A stretch of 64,000 bases of DNA, taken from contig JAYZAY010000073.1 of NCBI GenBank assembly GCA_036339465.1, positions 1-64,000 on the forward strand. Direction: 5' to 3'. The position numbers and the translations under genes are program-made. Positions 58,250-64,000 of this stretch are shown here, one piece after another (within the stretch, counting starts at the first letter, position 1; each line of letters starts with the position of its first letter). The DNA is from Myxococcota bacterium (GTDB lineage Bacteria > Myxococcota > XYA12-FULL-58-9 > JABJBS01). Under the pieces are notes generated by a model. That model ran no database searches and was not told where the DNA came from. It saw only the letters and a list, made by a program, of their open reading frames with translations.

Positions 58250-60733
58250 TTATCTTCCCATGGGTTGGCCACCCGGCGCAGAGACAGGCTCTCTCGAGCC
58301 CATCCTGTTGGACACCAAATGGAGAATGGGTGGAAAAAGACAAAGGCAAGCAATGAGATTAACACCGAGTCCCACCACAGAGAGGTGACCCAGCATTTGA
58401 AGCCCTTTGTGATTCGCCACAACCAGAGCCACAAAACCGAGGGCGGTGGTTAGAAGCGCGGCACCAATGGCACGGCCGGTTTCATCGATCACTGAATGCA
58501 GGTTCTCACCTTCTCGCATTCGGGCCACCAAATGAACCCCACCATCCACACTAATGCCAAAGAGAGCCGGTAAGATACACACATTCATAAAGTTGATATT
58601 GATGGGACTCATGGGAATCAAAGCAAAGACGCAGAGCATCGTGAAACATGCAGGTACAATCGCCAATAGGGCGGCTGGAATGTTTCCGAGTAAGAAAAAG
58701 AGAGTGATCAAAACCAGGCTCAGGGTAAAGATAATCACCGGCCAAGATTCTCGAATGACCATTTGAAAAATGTCGGCCAGAATCATGTGTTCGCCAGCAA
58801 TGCGCAAAGATTCTCCATTTGGTAACCTGACAGAACGAACCGTATCTGCAAAGCGAGTAAGGTGTTCCGATATCGCTACATTGTACTTTGGGAAAATCAT
58901 GACATAGCCGGTGTCTTTTCCTTGGGCATCTTCAAATTTCCGACGGATTTCTTTGGGCAGATCGGACTTCTCAAAAGGCGAAGCCTTGGTCATTTTCTTA
59001 AATTCTCGGAGGGACTTACGTTGGTCTCTTTCGACCCAGCTAGACCGAATCTTTTTGGCGACCTTGCGGATCTTCTCGATCACACGAGCCTTCTCTCCCT
59101 GTTGCTTCGGCACCATATCCGAGCTTGCCGCAATCAACGCAATAGGGGAGTCTTCCTCTTGCGCCATTTTCGCCTTGAGGGCGGCCGCGATAACCAGCTC
59201 TTGCTCTGGCGTGGCGGGCAAGGCGAGGATTGGGGTAGAAGCATGCCCCAAGAGACGTTGGATATCGTCGTCCATTTGAAAAGAAGGGAGGTCACTGGCC
59301 ACCAGCGTTCGACTGTCTCCATTAAAGGTCGCGTAGTGACTTCCCCAGTAAGCAAGTACGGTGAGAACAATGGCGATAAAAGCAATAGGACGTGCTTGGC
59401 CTATAAGCATCTTGCTGTAGGCCGACGGACCATGTGAGGCTCTAAGACGCGGTTTCCAACCAGCACGAATAAAGATTGACATCAGGGCGGGTAAAACCGT
59501 GAGGTAGGCGATCACCATGAGTACCATCCCACCCGCAGCAATCACGCCAAATTCATGAAATGCGCGAAACTCCGAAATACTAAGGCCGCCAAAAGCGACG
59601 GTGGTGGTAACCCCGGCGATAAACACAGATTTTCCCGTATTCCCAAAGGTGATGCCGATGATTTCTTCAGGGCTTCTTTTATTATCCCATTCCAACTGAA
59701 AACGACCCAGTAGGTGGATCCCATGATCGATACCGAGCCCTAAAAGGATCACGCCGATGCTCGCGGTGAGGATATTGAGAATCCCGAAACTCCACGCTGC
59801 AAATGTCGTGGTCCAAATTAAACCGACCACCAATGGCGTCATAATCATCACAATGGCCGCCAGTCGTCGAAAATGAAACGCCACGTAGCCCAAAACCAAT
59901 AAAATGGCGATCCACGCGGTGGACTGAATGTCATCCTTCACAATAGCCTGTTGGTCGATCTTTTTCGTATAATTCCCCCCAAATTCAACAGATATATTGT
60001 CACCGTAGGTTTTCGTATCCACAGCTTCAACCGTGGCTTTGATTCGGTTGACCACCCCCATGGCAAAGCCCAAATCACTGGACAGCCCCGTGGGTTTGGC
60101 CAAAAGCAGAATAAGCTTTTGTTTTGGGTCGATATAGTACGCCTCACCCATCATGGTTTTTAGGTATTCGCCACGCCTCTCTTTTTCATATCGATGGAGA
60201 ATGTCTTCGAGATTATTTTCAGGGAGCGATACCCTCTCATTGTCTGGAACCACAAAAAATGGGTCGTTTTCCTGACGTTCGTAGGCTTCTCTCTGGGTTA
60301 CGTAGTCGCGAAGCTCCTCTAAATCCCCCATACTCAAGTAGTAGAGTGCGTGTTCTTTAAAGAAATCCCGTGGACGTTTGTAATCGACGTATTTCACACC
60401 CTTGAGGGCTTCGATCTGGGGCACCAAATCATCAACCATGCGCTTGAGCTGATCTGGCTCACCGCCGCTGATGGCAACGGCCACATGCCCGATGCCTCCC
60501 ATGCGCTCTTTTAAAATATGGAGGGCTTCCACACTCGGAAAACTCTGCGGCAAAAGTTCCGTGAGGTCGGCACTGACGTGGAGCCGCTCTTTGGCACTGT
60601 GGATACCCAATCCGGCAGTCAATAAGATAAGCGCCAGGCTAACGTGGGGACGGCGATACATGACGACCGCGTTGCGTCCGAGAACAGCCTCAAAGTTTTG
60701 AGCAATGGCTCCCAGAGTAGTTTTCATTGTCAT
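58250..60733 (-). CDS. MMPL/RND family lipid transporter
   Basis: Two-fold repeat with large periplasmic loops, about 12 TM, GLGIDHGIH and GISVDGGVH motifs. Confidence 0.9.
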   Translation of the reverse strand: MTMKTTLGAIAQNFEAVLGRNAVVMYRRPHVSLALILLTAGLGIHSAKERLHVSADLTELLPQSFPSVEALHILKERMGGIGHVAVAISGGEPDQLKRMVDDLVPQIEALKGVKYVDYKRPRDFFKEHALYYLSMGDLEELRDYVTQREAYERQENDPFFVVPDNERVSLPENNLEDILHRYEKERRGEYLKTMMGEAYYIDPKQKLILLLAKPTGLSSDLGFAMGVVNRIKATVEAVDTKTYGDNISVEFGGNYTKKIDQQAIVKDDIQSTAWIAILLVLGYVAFHFRRLAAIVMIMTPLVVGLIWTTTFAAWSFGILNILTASIGVILLGLGIDHGIHLLGRFQLEWDNKRSPEEIIGITFGNTGKSVFIAGVTTTVAFGGLSISEFRAFHEFGVIAAGGMVLMVIAYLTVLPALMSIFIRAGWKPRLRASHGPSAYSKMLIGQARPIAFIAIVLTVLAYWGSHYATFNGDSRTLVASDLPSFQMDDDIQRLLGHASTPILALPATPEQELVIAAALKAKMAQEEDSPIALIAASSDMVPKQQGEKARVIEKIRKVAKKIRSSWVERDQRKSLREFKKMTKASPFEKSDLPKEIRRKFEDAQGKDTGYVMIFPKYNVAISEHLTRFADTVRSVRLPNGESLRIAGEHMILADIFQMVIRESWPVIIFTLSLVLITLFFLLGNIPAALLAIVPACFTMLCVFALIPMSPININFMNVCILPALFGISVDGGVHLVARMREGENLHSVIDETGRAIGAALLTTALGFVALVVANHKGLQMLGHLSVVGLGVNLIACLCLFPPILHLVSNRMGSREPVSAPGGQPMGR

Positions 60734-61258
60734 GAGCGTCTCAACTTCAGATATTGTTCGAAGATAACCGGGTTTCGATGGTGTTGTGGGCTCTGCTTAC
60801 TCCCCTTGCCCCATTTATTCAACCGATATTGTCCAATTGATGAACGGCGCCGAGGGTGAAATATTCAAAATATTGTTCAAATATTTCCACGATTTAATCA
60901 AAATCAGCGTTACCCTTAGGAATCGGCCCAGCTTTGTCAATCCCCATTCTCTACCAAGGCGTCAAAAAGAAGGTACTGCCGCACATTAAACCCATTAAAC
61001 CCATCCCGGGGTGCCCCTGATCCATGCCCTAAAAACCATCGCGAACCATCAAATATTGGATCATTGTTGATTCCCACCAAAAAAAGAATGGGCATACCGG
61101 AGACAGTGCGTATTCCGATGCGCAATTCAAAGCAGGTAGGACACAGGTGACATTGTCAGCCATTCTCTGCGAAGACCGACGCAATCTGAGTAGCCTAGAA
61201 TTCGCCACTTAGGGACACTTTGGGCGGTAAAGATGTGCATAAAGGTAGCATCCGGTCT

Positions 61259-61274
61259 TGGCACCATTATTGCT
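61259..61274 (+). promoter_or_regulatory. Putative sigma54 (-24/-12) promoter
   Basis: TGGCAC-CATTA-TTGCT matches TGGCAC-N5-TTGCW; intergenic and oriented toward the LTA-synthase-family gene. Confidence 0.6.
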
Positions 61275-61451
61275 ATTAACCCACAAGACGAACCCCAAAA
61301 AAGGACAACATACTTTAACAACAGTCGCGACCCTTTGTGAGTATAAAACCACCTAAACCCCTAATAAGGCGTTGCAAACCAGACAAAACGGACCTATGCA
61401 GAGCCCTTCTCATGGACCTTTCGTCGTCTAACGCAAAAAAATGCGCGGATA

Positions 61452-61493
61452 AGAAAACAGAAAAGAGAAAACAGAAAAGAGAAAACAGAAAAG
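61452..61493. repeat. (AGAAAACAGAAAAG)x3, i.e. six alternating heptamers
   Basis: Three perfect 14-bp units ending 17 bp before ATG 61511. Confidence 0.95.
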
Positions 61494-61510
61494 CATAAGA
61501 TTTCGCCATC

Positions 61511-63631
61511 ATGAAAATAAGAACCGCCAATAATTCCAATGACCTGACCGATATGCTTTTCACCGCCCCCGAAGCTGGGGTACTGCGCCCATCAAATCCT
61601 TCTGAAAGCCAAAGTCAAAAAATAACAGGATCAATGTCCTTTGTTTATGGGTGGGTCGCTTTCTGTATCCTACAAACCCTTCTGGTTCGACTGGGCACCC
61701 AATCTGGCTATGGCTTGACCGCATTTTGGGACGAACTTGGGTTCGCCGCACTCTCTTTGGCCTTTTTCTCATGCCTACGACTGTGGGCCCCCCAATTTAT
61801 AGGTCAAGTGGTCTTTGGGCTTTATACCACCTGCCTCATTGTCTTGGCCGGGGCCAATCAGCTCTATTACGATGCATTCCACTCATGGGCAGGTCTCTAC
61901 AGCGTTCGCCAGGCGGGAGAATTAGGAGACATCCAAACGAGTATCAGCAGTATGCTACCCTATGATGTCATCCTCCTATGGTTATGTGTTCCCTTCGGAC
62001 TCCTTTATGGTTTGGTAAGGTCTTGGAAAACCTGGGAACCCCGTTTGAGCACGCCCCTTCTGGCGCTGGGTATTTTGACCCTCTCGATCGGCCATCTCAA
62101 TCGCGTAAACACCACCTCACCAACCGAGAACCACTTTTTACTTCGCGCCATCCGTTTAGAATCCAAGCGCGTGCTCCAGCGGATCGCCCCCTACAATCCG
62201 ACCAAAGTTCTAGGTGGGACAGCCATCAGCGATGTCTTTGCGCCCATGGAAGGTTACACCCGTCCCGGCTCAGGCAACCACCCTTTGACCCAATACCCCT
62301 TTGCCACGCAAAATCCACAACATACCCCCAACATCATTATTATCGAGGCAGAAAGTTTCAGGAGTGCCGAATCGGGTGCCTATGGCGCACGCCATAGCCT
62401 GACACCTGAATTTGATAAACTTGCCAAGCAAGGGTTAAGGAGCCATCGTTTTTATGCCTCGGGTATGCAAACCGTTCGCGGTGAATTAGCAATTCATTGT
62501 AGCACCTATCCGGCCTTGGGTGATCTTCCGATATATAAGCGTGTGCCAAAGTCGGATCTCACGTGCTTACCCCAGATTCTAAAGGCGGCGAATTACGAAA
62601 ATCATTGGTTCAGCGCCTACAAGGCTTCCTATTCAGGAAAACGTAAATTCTTAGAGAACCATGGTTTCGACCATATTCATGGGGCTAAAGAACACGGTCA
62701 ACCAGACGATGTCCATGTTGGCTGGGGTATTTCCGATGTGATCATGGCCGACCGAATTGTCGACCAGCTAGACAGATCGGAAAAACCATTCCTGGCAACC
62801 TGGATCACCCTCTCAAACCACCATCCCTGGTATTGGGATTACCCATTAGAATTTCCAGAAGATCTGCAAGTTGATAGCACCAGCGAAGCCTATGACCACT
62901 ATCGCCGCGGCATCTACTACACCGATCATGCTATCGGCTACTTCGTTTCTCAAGTTCGCAAACGCGATTGGGGAAAGGATGCATGGATTGTGATTGTGGG
63001 CGACCACGGCATGGCTATATTTCCGGAAAACTCCAAGCGTTCAGACTTTGGGAAGCTTGAAGCGCACTTTCGGGTTCCCCTCCTGATTTTAGCACCAGAC
63101 ATTCTTAAGCCGGGGGTTTTTGAGCGCACGGCATCTCAAGTTGATATTGCACCAACATTGCTGGACATGATGGGCATAAAAGTCCCCAACGCTTTTGTAG
63201 GGCAGAGTATCCTCCGAAGCCCCCAGGCCAAAGCCTCTCCTGCTCTTTTGGTTGGCGCAAATGCAGCATCCCTCGTCTTAGACGACACCCGATGCTTTGC
63301 CTCCACAGTTACATGTAAGAAAAACGAGACACCGCGCTGTGCAGAAAATCAAAATCCAAGCGCCGCTACTCATGTTTGCTTTTCGCAACACTCTGACCTC
63401 CTTTTTGAGGAAGACAATAACCTCAAAACACTTCCCGAAAATAGAACCCAAAAACTGATTAAATACCTAACACTTTTGCCGACAATGCAGACCCACCTAG
63501 AATCAAGCAATCGTCTAGGAGCTGGCGCGAATTGGGAAAGCTCTCTTGCGGAAATAATGGCAACGCAAACCGAAAACCGAAAACCGACTTCCAAAGCCCA
63601 TAAACCGAAAACCGCAAACCGATTCCCATGA
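61511..63631 (+). CDS. LTA synthase family (sulfatase/phosphoglycerol-transferase-like) membrane protein
   Basis: About 5 N-terminal TM; IIIEAESF, QTVRGE (catalytic Thr), TLSNHHP, VGDHG, SQVDIAPTLL. Confidence 0.88.
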   Translation: MKIRTANNSNDLTDMLFTAPEAGVLRPSNPSESQSQKITGSMSFVYGWVAFCILQTLLVRLGTQSGYGLTAFWDELGFAALSLAFFSCLRLWAPQFIGQVVFGLYTTCLIVLAGANQLYYDAFHSWAGLYSVRQAGELGDIQTSISSMLPYDVILLWLCVPFGLLYGLVRSWKTWEPRLSTPLLALGILTLSIGHLNRVNTTSPTENHFLLRAIRLESKRVLQRIAPYNPTKVLGGTAISDVFAPMEGYTRPGSGNHPLTQYPFATQNPQHTPNIIIIEAESFRSAESGAYGARHSLTPEFDKLAKQGLRSHRFYASGMQTVRGELAIHCSTYPALGDLPIYKRVPKSDLTCLPQILKAANYENHWFSAYKASYSGKRKFLENHGFDHIHGAKEHGQPDDVHVGWGISDVIMADRIVDQLDRSEKPFLATWITLSNHHPWYWDYPLEFPEDLQVDSTSEAYDHYRRGIYYTDHAIGYFVSQVRKRDWGKDAWIVIVGDHGMAIFPENSKRSDFGKLEAHFRVPLLILAPDILKPGVFERTASQVDIAPTLLDMMGIKVPNAFVGQSILRSPQAKASPALLVGANAASLVLDDTRCFASTVTCKKNETPRCAENQNPSAATHVCFSQHSDLLFEEDNNLKTLPENRTQKLIKYLTLLPTMQTHLESSNRLGAGANWESSLAEIMATQTENRKPTSKAHKPKTANRFP

Positions 63632-63640
63632 CCCATAAGC
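63564..63640. repeat. Imperfect heptamer array (11 units, consensus C-R-N-A-A-A-C)
   Basis: cgcaaac cgaaaac cgaaaac cgacttc caaagcc cataaac cgaaaac cgcaaac cgattcc catgacc cataagc. Confidence 0.8.
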
Positions 63641-63745
63641 CGCCCCCCCCAAAAAAAAACCGGGTGTTCACCAACAACGCAAACATACAGGTATTGCAAT
63701 AGACACCACACCACCGAACGTTCACTCACATTCATGATGGTAGGC

Positions 63746-63797
63746 ACCACCAAAAATAGGACCACCAAAAATAGGACCACCAAAAATAGGACCACCA
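63746..63797. repeat. 15-bp tandem repeat ACCACCAAAAATAGG x3 plus a 7-bp partial copy
   Basis: Units at 63746, 63761 and 63776. Confidence 0.95.
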
Positions 63798-64000
63798 GCT
63801 ACACCCATCAACAGAAAATACGCCGGCGGAAGGTGAATTTCCTTGAACTGACCACTTTACTTGAAAAACCTGCTGCCATCACATGATTTCCCAGACTGCA
63901 AATCGAAAACCACCGTTCACCTTAAGAAATCCCCCCCCTGCATAAAACAAAGCAAAATGGGATTTATTGGTCATCCATCGCCCCAAGGCAATTCATCTGC

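Noticed and set aside
60937..61563. Three short minus-strand ORFs in the MMPL-LtaS gap
   Set aside because: No recognisable motifs; one is a translation of the heptamer repeat; a gene remnant cannot be excluded

Overview
Chromosomal segment of a roughly 50% GC bacterium, most likely Myxococcota/deltaproteobacterial. This is inferred from gene content: Ser/Thr kinase with PEGA domain, PP2C, maf-yggS-divIVA cluster, tandem ArsA/Get3-like pair, YitJ and Cys-rich lipoproteins. I see about 50 CDS, one tRNA-Asn(GTT) with terminator, two decayed genes (a receiver-CheX fusion, and a DAHP synthase remnant carrying a 15-bp tandem repeat), several short tandem repeats and a near-consensus sigma54 promoter. 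There is no rRNA, CRISPR array, integrase or transposase. The best candidate for an undescribed system is 35.5-47.3 kb. It encodes three exported nuclease-family proteins (a stand-alone ComEC-type metallo-beta-lactamase and two staphylococcal-nuclease homologues), a probable outer-membrane protein with a ComEA-type helix-hairpin-helix DNA-binding domain, a lipoprotein with four lamin-tail domains, and two envelope proteins carrying 11 Cys/Asp-rich repeats, with Fur and a formyltransferase in the middle. I interpret this as a surface machine for capturing and degrading or importing extracellular DNA; that is inference. Secondary highlights are a DnaJ-coupled Get3-like pair with complementary active-site loss, a Walker-A-dead CpaF paralogue, an MshEN-CheX fusion, a Mrp lacking CxxC, and heptamer arrays on both sides of an LTA-synthase-family gene. 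All family calls come from reading motifs by eye; no database searches were run.
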